A stretch of 64,000 nucleotides of DNA from Solirubrobacteraceae bacterium (GCA_030681525.1 JAUXSD010000344.1:1342-65341), one strand, 5' to 3'; positions 18,228 through 30,769 are shown, numbered from the stretch's first letter. The notes: generated by a model from the sequence alone, not told the origin. Numbers and translations: made by a program.

Positions 18228-20012
18228 ATGGGACACCTGGGAAGCCTGATCCTGATCGCGGGTCTGCTGCTCGCGCTCGGCCTCGCGGCCTCGCTGCTGG
18301 CCGGGCGCCTGCGGATCCCGGGCCTGGTCCTGTTTCTCGGCGTCGGCATGCTCGTCGGCTCAGACGGGCTGGGGCTCATCGAGTTCACCGACTACGAGCT
18401 CGCGCGCACGATCGGCATCATCGCGCTGGCGCTGATCCTGTTCGAAGGAGGCCTCGCCGCCGGCTACTCGGAGATCAAGCCGGTGCTCGGCTCGGCGGTG
18501 GGCCTGGCCACCCTCGGCACGCTGATCACCGCGATGGTCACCGGCATCGTCGCCCACTGGCTGCTGGACGTGACCCTCCTGCAGGGGATGTTGATCGGCG
18601 CGATCGTGTCCGCCACCGACGGCGCGGCGATCTTCGCCCTGCTGCGGGGGTCGACGCTCAAGCGCCGCCTCGCACGCACGCTGGAGGGCGAGGCCGGCAT
18701 GAACGACCCGGTCGCGGTGCTGCTCGTGCTCGGCTTCATCGAGTGGATTCTGCACCCCGACTACGGCGTCGTGGACATGGCGCTGCAGTTCGTGCAGGAG
18801 CTCGGCATCGGCGCCGTCGTCGGCGGCGCCGTCGGCTGGCTGGCGGTGCAGGCCTTCCGCCGCGCGAAGCTCGCGACCGGCGGCCTGTACCCGGTCGCCT
18901 CCCTCGCGGTCGTCGCGATCGCCTTCGGCGGCGCCGCCGTCCTGCACGGCTCGGGCTTCCTCGCGGTCTACCTCGCGGGCCTCGCGATGGGCTCGTCGGC
19001 GCTGCCGGCGCGGCAGACCGTACATGCCTTCCACGACGGCTTGGCGTGGGTCGCGCAGCTGGCGATGTTCCTCGCGCTCGGGCTGCTCGTCTTCCCCCAC
19101 GAGCTGCGCGACTTCGTCTGGCAGGGCACGCTGATCGCGCTCGTGCTCGTATTCGTCGCCCGACCGCTGGCGGTCACCGTCGCGACGGCGTTCTCGCCGC
19201 TGAGCTTCACCGACCGCCTCGTGCTCGGCTGGGCCGGGCTGCGCGGAGCGGTCCCGGTCGTGCTCGCGACGTTCCCGGTCATCGCCGGCGTGCCGGGCAG
19301 CGAGACGTTCTTCAACATCGCGTTCTTCGCCGTGCTCGTGTCCACCCTCGTGCAGGGCTCGACCTTCGAGCCGCTGGCCAAATGGTTGGGCGCGACGACC
19401 GAGGAGCCTGCGCTGCCGCGGCCGCTCGTCGAGGTCGGCACCATCCGCCAGCTCGGAGCCGATGTCGTCGAGGTCGAGATCAACGACGGCGACGCGGCGA
19501 TCGGCGTGCGCGTGCGCGACCTCGGGCTGCCGCGCGAGGCGCTCGTCAACGTCCTCGTGCGCGGCGAGGAGGCGCTGCCGCCGCGCGGCTCCACACGTCT
19601 GGAGGCCGGCGACCGGCTCTACATCGTCGCGCGCCAGGGTGCGATGACGGCGATCGAGGAGGCCCGCCAGCGCTGGCGCACCGGGCCCGTCGGCCCGGCG
19701 CCGCGGCCCCCGCGCCAGCCCTCCACCGGCGCGCCGATCTTCACGACGCGGCCCTGGACGGAGGAGGACGGCGACGCCGACGCGCCCGAGCGCGTGCTCG
19801 GCCTCGACGTCATCGAGCGGCTCAACACGCGCTGGGACGTGCCCGGCGCGCTCGTCGTGCTCGCCGACGGCCGCTACGCGGTCACCGGCCCGCACGTGCT
19901 CGTCGGCTCGCGCGAGCAGGTGCAGTGGCACGCCCGCCGCCGGCTGCGGTCGGCGCAGAGCGACGCCGAGCGGGCGTGGTGGCAGGAGGTCATCGGCGCT
20001 TCTGCTTTGTAG
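18228..20012 (+). CDS. K+/H+ antiporter, NhaP2/CvrA type (CPA1) with a C-terminal RCK_C/TrkA-C region
   Basis: N-terminus LLLALGLAASLLAGRLRIPGLVLFLGVGMLVGSDGLGLIEF, 12-13 TM segments, then VVEVEINDGDAAIGVRVRDLGLPREALVNVLVRGEE..PRGSTRLEAGDRLYIV. Confidence 0.85.
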   Translation: MGHLGSLILIAGLLLALGLAASLLAGRLRIPGLVLFLGVGMLVGSDGLGLIEFTDYELARTIGIIALALILFEGGLAAGYSEIKPVLGSAVGLATLGTLITAMVTGIVAHWLLDVTLLQGMLIGAIVSATDGAAIFALLRGSTLKRRLARTLEGEAGMNDPVAVLLVLGFIEWILHPDYGVVDMALQFVQELGIGAVVGGAVGWLAVQAFRRAKLATGGLYPVASLAVVAIAFGGAAVLHGSGFLAVYLAGLAMGSSALPARQTVHAFHDGLAWVAQLAMFLALGLLVFPHELRDFVWQGTLIALVLVFVARPLAVTVATAFSPLSFTDRLVLGWAGLRGAVPVVLATFPVIAGVPGSETFFNIAFFAVLVSTLVQGSTFEPLAKWLGATTEEPALPRPLVEVGTIRQLGADVVEVEINDGDAAIGVRVRDLGLPREALVNVLVRGEEALPPRGSTRLEAGDRLYIVARQGAMTAIEEARQRWRTGPVGPAPRPPRQPSTGAPIFTTRPWTEEDGDADAPERVLGLDVIERLNTRWDVPGALVVLADGRYAVTGPHVLVGSREQVQWHARRRLRSAQSDAERAWWQEVIGASAL

Positions 20013-20353
20013 GTGCGGGCGGGTGTCCCGTGGAGCGGCCCTCGGGTGATCCGTGGCCGGACCGGCCGGAGGGGACCGGGCCGGCCCTTCGGGTGATTCG
20101 CTCTCGGTCCCCCTCCGTCCGTTCCGCCACTGCCCGCGGTTGGTGTCCCGCCGCCGCGACCTCGGCTGGGATGGGGGGAGGGTGTGTCGGTTAGGTCGCG
20201 CCCAGCCGCGATGAAACCGACTCGCCAGCCAGCGGGCTTGGTGGTACAACGCGGACGCGCCGATTGACCTCCTGAACATGCACCCCCTGTGGCGCCGGTT
20301 GAAAACGAGGCCAGGCGGCTGTGGTCGCGCTGGTGCTGCGGAGTCGAGCGGGG

Positions 20354-20394
20354 CTGGTCGACTTGTACATGCACCACATGAACAGACCGACCGG
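20354..20394. repeat. Second copy of the palindromic hairpin element (loop CACCA) inside a 618-bp noncoding gap
   Basis: CTGGTCGACTTGTACATG-CACCA-CATGAACAGACCGACCGG. It is sequence-related to 7694..7736 and also lies between convergent genes. Confidence 0.55.
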
Positions 20395-20630
20395 GCCTCG
20401 GCGAAGCGATCTCGGCGGCGGCCCGGTCGAGTCAGGCCCTGCTTGGGTGCACACGTCGACCAGGCTCTCTCGACGCAAGCCCCGGCCCCGGACGACGACA
20501 CCCCAGCCAACTCACCTCCTCATCGAGGCAGGTCTTGACCCGCCACGGCCCGCACAGCCACCCCGACGGGCCGCCGCGCTCGGCACGGGTCCCGCGCCTC
20601 GCCGCGGCCGGCGACCGCCGTGGCCGCCCG

Positions 20631-21581
20631 CTACTCCCGCGGCTCGATCTGCACGAGCGGCTGCCAGGACTCGTGGTCGACCTGCAGGGTGGTGTGGCGG
20701 ATGCCGAATTGCTCGTGCAGGACCGCCTGCAGCTCGCGGCGACGCAGGTGGCAGTCGTCCTCGGGCGCGACCACGACGTGGGCGGCGACCGCGACGAAGC
20801 CGGAGGTGACCTCCCAGACGTGCAGGTCGTGGATCTCGACGATGCCGGGCATGCGGACCAGCGTGCGGCCGATCTCGTCGGGATCCAGGCCGGCGGGGGC
20901 GGCCTCGAGCAGCACGCGGGTGGAGGCGCGCAGCAGCGACCAGCCCGAGCGCAGCATGAGCGCCGCGACGGAGAGGGCGGCCAGCGCGTCGACCTCCGCG
21001 GGCCCGCCGAACGCGATGACGGCGCCGGCGGTGATCGCGGCCACGGAGCCGTAGAGGTCGGCGAGGACGTGGGCTCGCGCGCCCGCGATGTTCAGGCTCT
21101 GGCGCTCGGCGCGCGACAGCGCCCAAAAGGCGGCGATGTTGACGAGCGCGCCGACCGCGCCCACGACCACGACGACCGGCCCGTCGACGTCGGGCGGCGA
21201 GCCCAGCCGGCGCACGCCCTCCACCGCGATGACGCCGGCGAGGACGAACAGCGCGGCGCCGTTGATCTGCGCCGAGACGATCTCGGCGCGGCCGAAGCCG
21301 AACGTGTAGGAGCCGCCGGCGGGGCGCGCGGCGAGCCGGGCGGCGAACAGGGCCAGGCCGATCGCGGCGGCGTCGGTGAGCATGTGCGCGGCGTCGGACA
21401 GCAGCGCCAGCGATCCCGCGAGCAGGCCGGCCACGACCTCGACCGCCATGAACCCCGCGATGAGCGCCAGCGCCACGGCGAGCCAGCGCCGGTCGGCGTG
21501 CGCCGACGGCGCGTGCTGGTGCCCGCCGCCGGAGTGCTCGTGCCCGGCGTGTGAGTGGCCGTCGGCGCGTCCGCTGTGCAC
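20631..21581 (-). CDS. Cation diffusion facilitator (CzcD/ZitB-type Zn/Co/Cd exporter)
   Basis: His-rich N-terminus (GHSHAGHEHSGGGHQH), LLSDAAHMLTDAAA and FGFGRAEI motifs. Start set at in-frame GTG 21581 just after the stop of the upstream PP2C gene. Confidence 0.85.
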   Translation of the reverse strand: MHSGRADGHSHAGHEHSGGGHQHAPSAHADRRWLAVALALIAGFMAVEVVAGLLAGSLALLSDAAHMLTDAAAIGLALFAARLAARPAGGSYTFGFGRAEIVSAQINGAALFVLAGVIAVEGVRRLGSPPDVDGPVVVVVGAVGALVNIAAFWALSRAERQSLNIAGARAHVLADLYGSVAAITAGAVIAFGGPAEVDALAALSVAALMLRSGWSLLRASTRVLLEAAPAGLDPDEIGRTLVRMPGIVEIHDLHVWEVTSGFVAVAAHVVVAPEDDCHLRRRELQAVLHEQFGIRHTTLQVDHESWQPLVQIEPRE

Positions 21582-21591
21582 TCCGCCGATG

Positions 21592-23073
21592 CTACGCCGG
21601 TGGCGAACGGAGCAACGCCATGAGCGCCACGTCGTCGCGCAGCGGTGCATCGATGCGCCGCAGGGTGTCCGTGAGCCGCCCGACGAGGTCCGCCGCGCTC
21701 GCGCCCGCGGGCCCTGCCAGCAGGGCGCCGACGCGCTGCTCGTCGATCGGCGTGCCGTCGATCGCGGCGTCGAGGATCCCGTCGCTGTAGATGACGAGCG
21801 CGTCGCCCGGCGCGAGATGTACTTCACACGTATGAAACGCCGGCTCGTCCACGGCGCCGAGGATCGTGCCGTGCGCGGTCGTCGTCTCGACGCCGCCGCC
21901 GGCCCGGACGATCAGCGGCGACGGGTGTCCCGCGACCGCGAGGTGAATCCCGACCTCGGCGCCGCTCGTGTCGATCTGCCCGTACACCACGGTGCACGTC
22001 TGTCGCGGCTCGCCGGTGTCCATGTGCAGGGCCACGTTGAGGTCACTCAGGATCGCGGCCGGACTCTCGCGGAGCATCGCGGCGGTGCGCATCGTGTAGC
22101 GGGCCAGCGAGGCCACGTTCGCCGCCTCCGGCCCCTTGCCGCAGACATCGCCGAGGAAGAAGCCCGTCCGGCCGGGCGCGAGCGGGAAGAGGTCGTAGAA
22201 GTCACCGCCGACCTCTTCGGCCGCGAACGGCTCGTAGTGCAGGGCCACGTCGAGGCCGGCGATGCGCGGCAAGCCGGGCGGGGAGAGACAGCGCTGGAGC
22301 GTGCGCGCGAGCGTCTGCGCGCGGCGCTGATGGCGCTGCGCGGCGTCGCGACGCTCTCGCTCGCGCAGCAGTTCGCCGGCGAGCGCCTCCCGATCCTCGA
22401 GGGCCTCGAGCCGCTCCTGCGCCGCCAGCGCCCGATCGCGGGCCGCGGCGCGGCGATCCTCGGCGGCGAGCTCACGATACGCCGCCGCTTGGGCGCGGCG
22501 CAGCGCTGCGCGCCGACGCCGGCCGCGTGCCCGGATGATGGCGGCGGCCCCGGGCGGCCCATGCGCGTCCGCGTCCTCGATCTCGCTGTCGAGCGCGGCC
22601 ATCTCGAGGTTGCGTGCGGCGGCCTCCTCGTCGCGCCGCTGCGCGGCGGCGTCGCGGTCGTCGGCCGCGGCATCGCGCCGGTCGGCAACCTCCAGCCGGA
22701 CTCGCGCACCGGCATCGCGCTCGCGCGCGGACCGCTCGCGCTGACGGGTGGTGTGCTCGCGCACGTCGTGGCTCTGCGCGTAGACCCGCGGATCGACGCC
22801 GCGACCGCGGTCCCGGTCGCTGTCGCTGGCCGCCTGGTCACGATCGGCCGCGAGCTGGTCTGAATCGGCGCTCGTCTGGTCGTCGTCGGCGGTGGTCTGG
22901 TCGGCCTCCGACAGCGTCTGATCGCGGTCGCCGAGCGTCTGCTCGGAGTCGCTGAGCGTCTGCTCGTCGACGGACGAACTCGGAGCCGAGGCGGCGCTGT
23001 CCTGCTGTCCGTGTCCCGCGACCCGCCCGTTCGTGGAGCCCACGGGTGAATCGCCTGACGTCGAGTCGGCCAC
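21592..23073 (-). CDS. PP2C/SpoIIE-family phosphatase with an Asp-rich repeat and coiled-coil N-terminal region
   Basis: C-terminal GGDFYDLF...GDVCGKG...LVIYSDGILD motifs. Start set at GTG 23073, preceded by GGAGG at 6-nt spacing. Confidence 0.8.
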   Translation of the reverse strand: MADSTSGDSPVGSTNGRVAGHGQQDSAASAPSSSVDEQTLSDSEQTLGDRDQTLSEADQTTADDDQTSADSDQLAADRDQAASDSDRDRGRGVDPRVYAQSHDVREHTTRQRERSARERDAGARVRLEVADRRDAAADDRDAAAQRRDEEAAARNLEMAALDSEIEDADAHGPPGAAAIIRARGRRRRAALRRAQAAAYRELAAEDRRAAARDRALAAQERLEALEDREALAGELLRERERRDAAQRHQRRAQTLARTLQRCLSPPGLPRIAGLDVALHYEPFAAEEVGGDFYDLFPLAPGRTGFFLGDVCGKGPEAANVASLARYTMRTAAMLRESPAAILSDLNVALHMDTGEPRQTCTVVYGQIDTSGAEVGIHLAVAGHPSPLIVRAGGGVETTTAHGTILGAVDEPAFHTCEVHLAPGDALVIYSDGILDAAIDGTPIDEQRVGALLAGPAGASAADLVGRLTDTLRRIDAPLRDDVALMALLRSPPA

Positions 23074-23223
23074 GATCGGCCTCCGGTCGGCCAAGCGGCG
23101 AGTCTCCGGTGAGCCCCGCGCCTGTCCAGTTGACGAGGTCAGCCTAGCGCCCGTCGGGGCCCGACCAACCGATCGCCTCGCGCGCGCCAGACCCACGACA
23201 GCGTCGTACCGGCTGTCACTAAG

Positions 23224-23253
23224 TTGTTACAAAGTCTCGCGCTTGGCTATCGT
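23224..23253 (+). promoter_or_regulatory. Candidate sigma-70-type promoter in the only AT-rich patch upstream of the atp operon
   Basis: TTGTTA-N18-TATCGT within ctaagTTGTTAcaaagtctcgcgcttggcTATCGTgag. Sequence match only. Confidence 0.25.
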
Positions 23254-23431
23254 GAGGGCGCGTCACCCGCACGTCGTGGCCGCGCTCCCCTGCCGGACGC
23301 GCCCGTGTAGGGTGCTGCCCCTCAGCCATGCCCTTTTGCGCAAACACCGAGACGCCATCGCACGAGCCGACCTCCGGCGCCGCCCACCGCGGGCTGCTCG
23401 CATCGACCCTCCGGCGGGAACGTCCTTGGCG

Positions 23432-23842
23432 GTGAGCACCGTGTCCGCGCCTTCTGAGCGTGAGCACGGCTCCGTGGCACTGCTGTACCTCGACATGATC
23501 CTGGTGGCGCTCGCCGTCCCCATCGCGCTGGCGGCCGGCGCGCCGACGGTCGGGGTCACGGCCGGCGCAGCGGCCTGGATCGTGCTGCGTCTCGCCCAGA
23601 TCGCCATGGACAAGCAGCTCGTCAACGTCCACGACCTGCGCCGCCGGCTCGGGCTCGGCGTGGCCTTCTCGATGCTCCGGGTCTGGCTGCTGGCCAGCGT
23701 CATCATCGTCTGCGGCCTGGCGGTCTCGCGGGCCGACGGCCTGACCGCTGCGCTCGTCATCTTCGGCGCGTTCTCCGTGAACTTCCTCCGGAACGCCGTC
23801 TCCCACATCAGCCAGGCACAGGCAAGGAGCACCAACGGATGA
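23432..23842 (+). CDS. AtpI-like small membrane protein preceding atpB (start uncertain: GTG 23432/23441 or ATG 23495)
   Basis: Four predicted TM helices. The stop overlaps the atpB ATG (ATGA). Same position as the small membrane gene between rfe and atpB in mycobacteria. Confidence 0.6.
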   Translation: MSTVSAPSEREHGSVALLYLDMILVALAVPIALAAGAPTVGVTAGAAAWIVLRLAQIAMDKQLVNVHDLRRRLGLGVAFSMLRVWLLASVIIVCGLAVSRADGLTAALVIFGAFSVNFLRNAVSHISQAQARSTNG

Positions 23843-24735
23843 GCACCCGCCGCAAGCTGACCTTCGGCCTTCTCGGGGTCTACATCCTGGGCTTCCTCGT
23901 GATCATCGGGATCTTCGGCGCCAAGCGCCAGGACAACACCGAGTTCCTGCCGCAGAACGAGTTCAAGCTCGACACGTGGCTGGCCCTGCCGGGTCCGATG
24001 GATCTCAACAAGGGCGTCCTGTACCTGCTCATCACCACCGCGCTGACGATGGGGACGATGCTCTACGTCTCCAAGCGCATGCAGGCGCATCCGAACCGGC
24101 TGCAGACCGCCGTCGAGTGGCTGTACACCGGCATGAAGGACAAGCTCGTCAAGGACAACATGGACGACGACATGGCGCGCAAGTGGTTTCCGCTCGTCTG
24201 CACGCTGTTCGTCTTCATCTGGTTCTCGAACATGATCGGCTACCTGCCGCTGCCGGTGAACACCGAGCACACGGTCAGCGTCTTCGGCTACGACATGCCG
24301 GCGTTCCAGCTCTACGCTGCCACCGCGAACGTCTCGATCCCGCTGGTCCTGTCGCTCATCGTCTTCTTCGCCTACAACATCGAGGGCCTGCGCGCGAAGG
24401 GCCTGTGGGGGTACACGAAGAGCATGATCCCGCCGGGCGTCAAGGGCCCGATCCTCATCATGATCTTCCCGCTGGAGATCCTCTCGCACTTCCTGCGGCT
24501 CATCTCGCTGACCGTCCGGCTGTTCGCCAACCTGCTGGCCGGCCACATGCTCATCCAGTTCATGTCCGGCGGCCTCGCGGTGCTGCTCGGCCTCGAGGTC
24601 CTGGCCTGGTTTACGCTGCCCGCCGGCATCGCCATCTTCCTGTTCGAGGTGACGCTGATCGCCACCTTGCAGGCGTTCATCTTCGCCATCCTGACGTGCA
24701 TCTACCTCGGTAGCGCCGTCTCCGAACACCACTAG
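23839..24735 (+). CDS. atpB: F0F1 ATP synthase subunit a
   Basis: Essential Arg region LTVRLFANLLAGHML. Polytopic membrane protein. Confidence 0.95.
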   Translation: MSTRRKLTFGLLGVYILGFLVIIGIFGAKRQDNTEFLPQNEFKLDTWLALPGPMDLNKGVLYLLITTALTMGTMLYVSKRMQAHPNRLQTAVEWLYTGMKDKLVKDNMDDDMARKWFPLVCTLFVFIWFSNMIGYLPLPVNTEHTVSVFGYDMPAFQLYAATANVSIPLVLSLIVFFAYNIEGLRAKGLWGYTKSMIPPGVKGPILIMIFPLEILSHFLRLISLTVRLFANLLAGHMLIQFMSGGLAVLLGLEVLAWFTLPAGIAIFLFEVTLIATLQAFIFAILTCIYLGSAVSEHH

Positions 24736-24757
24736 TACAAGGAGCCTCACCACCCCC

Positions 24758-25048
24758 ATGCCACTCGATCTCGACACCATCAACGTCATCGCGCAGGGCG
24801 GCGCGGCGGCCAACGAAGTCATCGGCCAGAAGGCCGGCCGCGCGATCGCCCTCGGCGTCGGCGCAGGCGGCGGCGCCGCGGGTGCCGGAGCGGGCATCGG
24901 CATGCTCTTCGGCAAGGTCATCGAGTCGGTCACGCGCCAGCCGGAGATGCGCGACGAGATCGCCTCGATCCAGTGGCTGGGATTCGCGCTCACCGAGGCG
25001 TGCTTCTTCTACGGCCTCGTCGGCGGTCTCATCGCCTTCTTCCTCTAG
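24758..25048 (+). CDS. atpE: F0F1 ATP synthase subunit c
   Basis: Gly-rich helix 1, RQPE loop, and the carboxylate in FALTEACFFYG. Confidence 0.93.
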   Translation: MPLDLDTINVIAQGGAAANEVIGQKAGRAIALGVGAGGGAAGAGAGIGMLFGKVIESVTRQPEMRDEIASIQWLGFALTEACFFYGLVGGLIAFFL

Positions 25049-25052
25049 ACCG

Positions 25053-25649
25053 ATGGACCTCATCAGCCTGATCGCCGCACTGCCGCTCGCGACCGAGGAA
25101 GGGGGCGCCGCCGCCGAGGAGGGCGGATCGTTCCTCGTCTCCCCGAACGTCGGGCTGATGATCTGGACGCTGATCGTCTTCACGATCTCCCTCTACGTCC
25201 TCAAGAAGGTCGTGTACCCGCGCATCCAGGAGATGCTCGACAAGCGCCAGCACGCGATCGACGAGTCGATCGACGCCGCCGCGCGCACCCGCGAGGAGGC
25301 CGAGGAGCTGCTCAGCGAGTACCGCGAGCGCCTCGCCGAGGCGCGCGAGCAGGCGGAGGACATCCTCGCTCGCGCCCGCAAGGCGGCCGATGCGACCGAG
25401 GCTGCGGCGAAGAAGGACGGCCAGGCCCAGCGCGAGGAGATGCTCGAGGCGACCAAGCGCGAGATCGAGGCCGAGACCCGGCGTGCGATCCAGGACATCC
25501 GCAACGAGGTCGCCGACCTGACGATCCTCGCGACGGAGAAGATCACCCGCAAGACGCTCACCGACGACGACCAGAAACGCCTCGTCGAAGAGGCGCTCAG
25601 CGAGCTGGACTTCACCGCGCTGGCCGGAGAGCGAGGAAGCAACAACTAA
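25053..25649 (+). CDS. atpF: F0F1 ATP synthase subunit b
   Basis: Internal ATG of the listed ORF. One TM (MIWTLIVFTISLYVL) followed by a long charged helix. Confidence 0.88.
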   Translation: MDLISLIAALPLATEEGGAAAEEGGSFLVSPNVGLMIWTLIVFTISLYVLKKVVYPRIQEMLDKRQHAIDESIDAAARTREEAEELLSEYRERLAEAREQAEDILARARKAADATEAAAKKDGQAQREEMLEATKREIEAETRRAIQDIRNEVADLTILATEKITRKTLTDDDQKRLVEEALSELDFTALAGERGSNN

Positions 25650-26182
25650 TGGAGGAGATCGCCGAGGTCTACGGCCGGTCGCTCTTCGCGGTCGCACAGG
25701 AGCAGGACAAGCTCGACGAAATCCGCGAGCAACTCGGGCAGTTCGCCGACGCGCTGAACGACAACCGCGACCTCGCCGTGTTCTTCTTCTCCCCGTACTT
25801 CTCCACGCCCGAGAAGAAGGACGGCCTGACGAAGACGGTCGAGGGCGCCGACGAGACGCTGATCAACTTCCTCGAGCTGCTCATCGAGAAGCACCGCATG
25901 CCGGCGGTCTTTCGCATCCGCCGCTACTACGACGGGCTCTGGGAGCAGGAGAACAAGATCCTGCCCGTGTCGATCTCCACCGCGACGGAGCTCGACCAGG
26001 CCACCGTGGAGCAGATCGGCGACCGCATCGCCAAGGACACCGGCCAGAAGATCGAGCTCACCGCGGACGTCGATCCCGACATCCTCGGCGGCATCGTCCT
26101 GCGGGTCGGCAACTCGATCCTCGACGCCTCGATCCGCAACCGCCTCGACAACCTGAGAAAGCACGTCGCCCGCGGCGCTTGA
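25649..26182 (+). CDS. atpH: F0F1 ATP synthase subunit delta
   Basis: OSCP-like, 177 aa. TAATG overlap with atpF. C-terminal ILGGIVLRVGNSILDASI. Confidence 0.9.
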   Translation: MEEIAEVYGRSLFAVAQEQDKLDEIREQLGQFADALNDNRDLAVFFFSPYFSTPEKKDGLTKTVEGADETLINFLELLIEKHRMPAVFRIRRYYDGLWEQENKILPVSISTATELDQATVEQIGDRIAKDTGQKIELTADVDPDILGGIVLRVGNSILDASIRNRLDNLRKHVARGA

Positions 26183-26221
26183 CGCCAACCGCGGACAACG
26201 CAAGGAGCTGACACGACCTCC

Positions 26222-27852
26222 ATGAAGATCAAGCCAGACGAGATCACCTCCATCCTCAAGAGCCGCATCGAGGGGCTGGACGCCGGCGACGCCGAGCTGA
26301 CCGAGGTCGGCACCGTCCTCTCGGTGGGCGACGGCATCGCGCGCGTCCACGGCCTCGAGGACGCCATGTCCTTCGAGATGCTCGAGCTGCCCCACGGCGT
26401 GACCGGCCTCGCGCTGAACCTCGAGTCCGACAACGTCGGCGTCGTGCTGTTCGGCGAGTGGGACAAGATCGTCGAGGGCGACACGGTCAAGCGCACCGGC
26501 TCGCTGCTCGAGATCCCCGTCGGCGAGGAGCTGCTGGGACGCATCGTCGACCCGCTGGGCAACCCGCTCGACGGCAAGGGCGACATCAACACGGACACCA
26601 AGCGCCCCGCCGAGTTCAAGGCGCCCGGCGTCGTGCAGCGCCAGCCGGTCATCGAGCCGCTGCAGACCGGCATCAAGGCGATCGACGCGATGATCCCGAT
26701 CGGCCGCGGCCAGCGCGAGCTCATCATCGGCGACCGCCAGACCGGCAAGACGACGATCGCGGTCGACACGATCATCAACAACCGCAAGAGCGGCGTCATC
26801 TCCGTCTACGTCGCGATCGGCCAGCGCATGGCCACCGTCGTCGCGCTCGCCGAGACGCTGTCGGAGGCGGGCGCGATGGAGAACACGATCATCGTCGCCG
26901 CCGGCGCCGACGAGGCCGCCCCGGTGAAGTTCCTCGCGCCGTACGCGGGCGCCGCGATGGCCGAGTACTTCCTCTACGACGGCAAGGCCGCGCTGTGCGT
27001 CTACGACGACCTCACCAAGCACGCGTTCGCCTACCGCCAGATGTCGCTGCTGCTGCGCCGCCCGCCGGGCCGTGAGGCCTACCCGGGCGACGTCTTCTAC
27101 CTGCACAGCCGCCTCCTCGAGCGCGCCGTGAAGCTCTCGGACGAGCTCGGCGGCGGCTCGATGACCGCCCTACCGATCATCGAGACGCAGGCCGGCGACG
27201 TGTCGGCCTACATCCCGACGAACGTCATCTCGATCACCGACGGCCAGATCTTCCTCGAGCCGAAGCTCTTCTTCTCGGGCGTGCGGCCGGCCATCAACGT
27301 CGGCATCTCGGTCAGCCGCGTGGGCGGCAACGCGCAGATCAAGCCGATGAAGAAGGTCGCCGGACGGTTGAAGCTCGAGCTGTCCCAGTACCGCGACCTC
27401 GAGGCGTTCGCACAGTTCGGCTCCGACCTCGACGCCGACACGCAGGCGACGCTGGCCCGCGGCGAGCGGCTCGTCAAGACGCTCAACCAGAACGAGCGCT
27501 CGCCGATGGCCGTCGAGGAGCAGGTCGTCGTCATCTACGCGGCGACGAACGGCTTCCTCGATCGCATCTCGGTCGACCGCGTCCCGGAGTTCCACCAGGA
27601 TCTCGTCTCGCGCATGCGCGCCGAGGAGGCCGACACCCTGGAGAAGATCGCCGGCGGGTCGTGGGACGACGACGTCGTCGAGAAGGTCCACGCGGCGGTC
27701 GAGGAGTTCACGAAGGACTTCGGCCAGGACCTCGACGAGGACGGCGTCGCGGTCGACTCGGACTCCGGCGACACGCCGGCGTCCAAGCGCGACGACGACG
27801 GCGACGCGGCATCCGCACCCGAGTCGGAGCCCGAGAAGGAGGCGGCACCGGC

Positions 27853-27856
<4 letters not shown>
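26222..27856 (+). CDS. atpA: F0F1 ATP synthase subunit alpha (with an acidic C-terminal extension)
   Basis: Walker A GDRQTGKT. Full-length alpha subunit plus a tail of about 40 aa, [36 protein letters not shown]. Confidence 0.97.
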
Positions 27857-30286
<2,430 letters not shown>

Positions 30287-30287
<1 letters not shown>

Positions 30288-30709
30288 TGGCACAGACCCC
30301 GTTCCGCGTCGAGGTGCTGACCCCCGAGGGGTCGGTCTTCGACGAGGAGGTCACGATGGTCTCCACGCGCACGGAGGTCGGCTCGATCGGCATCCTCGCC
30401 CGCATGCAGCCGCTGCTGGGCATGCTCGTGCCGACCGAGCTGCGCCTGTACCGCAGCGAGTCCGACGTCGTCCGCTACGCGCAGGGCGAGGGCTACGTTC
30501 AGGTCTCCGCCGACGGCGTGCTCGTGCTCGTCGAGGAGGCCCACACGCCCGACGAGCTCGACGTCGCGGATCTGCGCGAGAAGCTCAAGGCGGCCGAGGA
30601 CGGGCTGTCGTCGGCCGAGGAGGGCTCCGAGGAGCTCAAGCGCTGCTCGCGCGACAAGCGCCGCTGGGAGTCGTTCATCGCCATCGCCGAGGGCAAGTCG
30701 CCGAGCTGA
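30287..30709 (+). CDS. atpC: F0F1 ATP synthase subunit epsilon
   Basis: The GTG overlaps the atpD TAG by 1 nt. 140 aa with beta-sandwich plus helical hairpin layout. Confidence 0.88.
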
Positions 30710-30769
30710 GCCTGGGTCCGGGCTGGCGATGCGTCTTCGAGCTGGCGCTCGGACCGCATCGGTGAGGGC

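Noticed and set aside
20013-20510. Cys/Ser/Thr-rich peptide (MAGVSSSGAGACVERAWSTCAPKQ...SVCSCGACTS) starting at TTG 20510 behind a good AGGAGG site, considered as a possible RiPP precursor.
   Set aside because: It is the 5' end of a 716-aa ORF that continues antisense through the antiporter gene. Third-position composition is mixed, no modification enzymes are nearby, and the Cys-rich part is not at a C-terminal core position.
23328-23435. 35-codon upstream ORF (MPFCANTETPSHEPTSGAAHRGLLASTLRRERPWR) ending in a GTGA overlap with the AtpI-like gene.
   Set aside because: It is not hydrophobic (so unlike AtpZ-type peptides), has no convincing RBS and only moderate codon bias. The GTG it couples to is itself an uncertain start.
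30710-30769. Terminator after atpC (CGATGCG ... CGCATCG and GGTCCG ... CGGACC pairings).
   Set aside because: The stems are short, the loops are 20-30 nt and there is no U-tract. That is not convincing enough to annotate.
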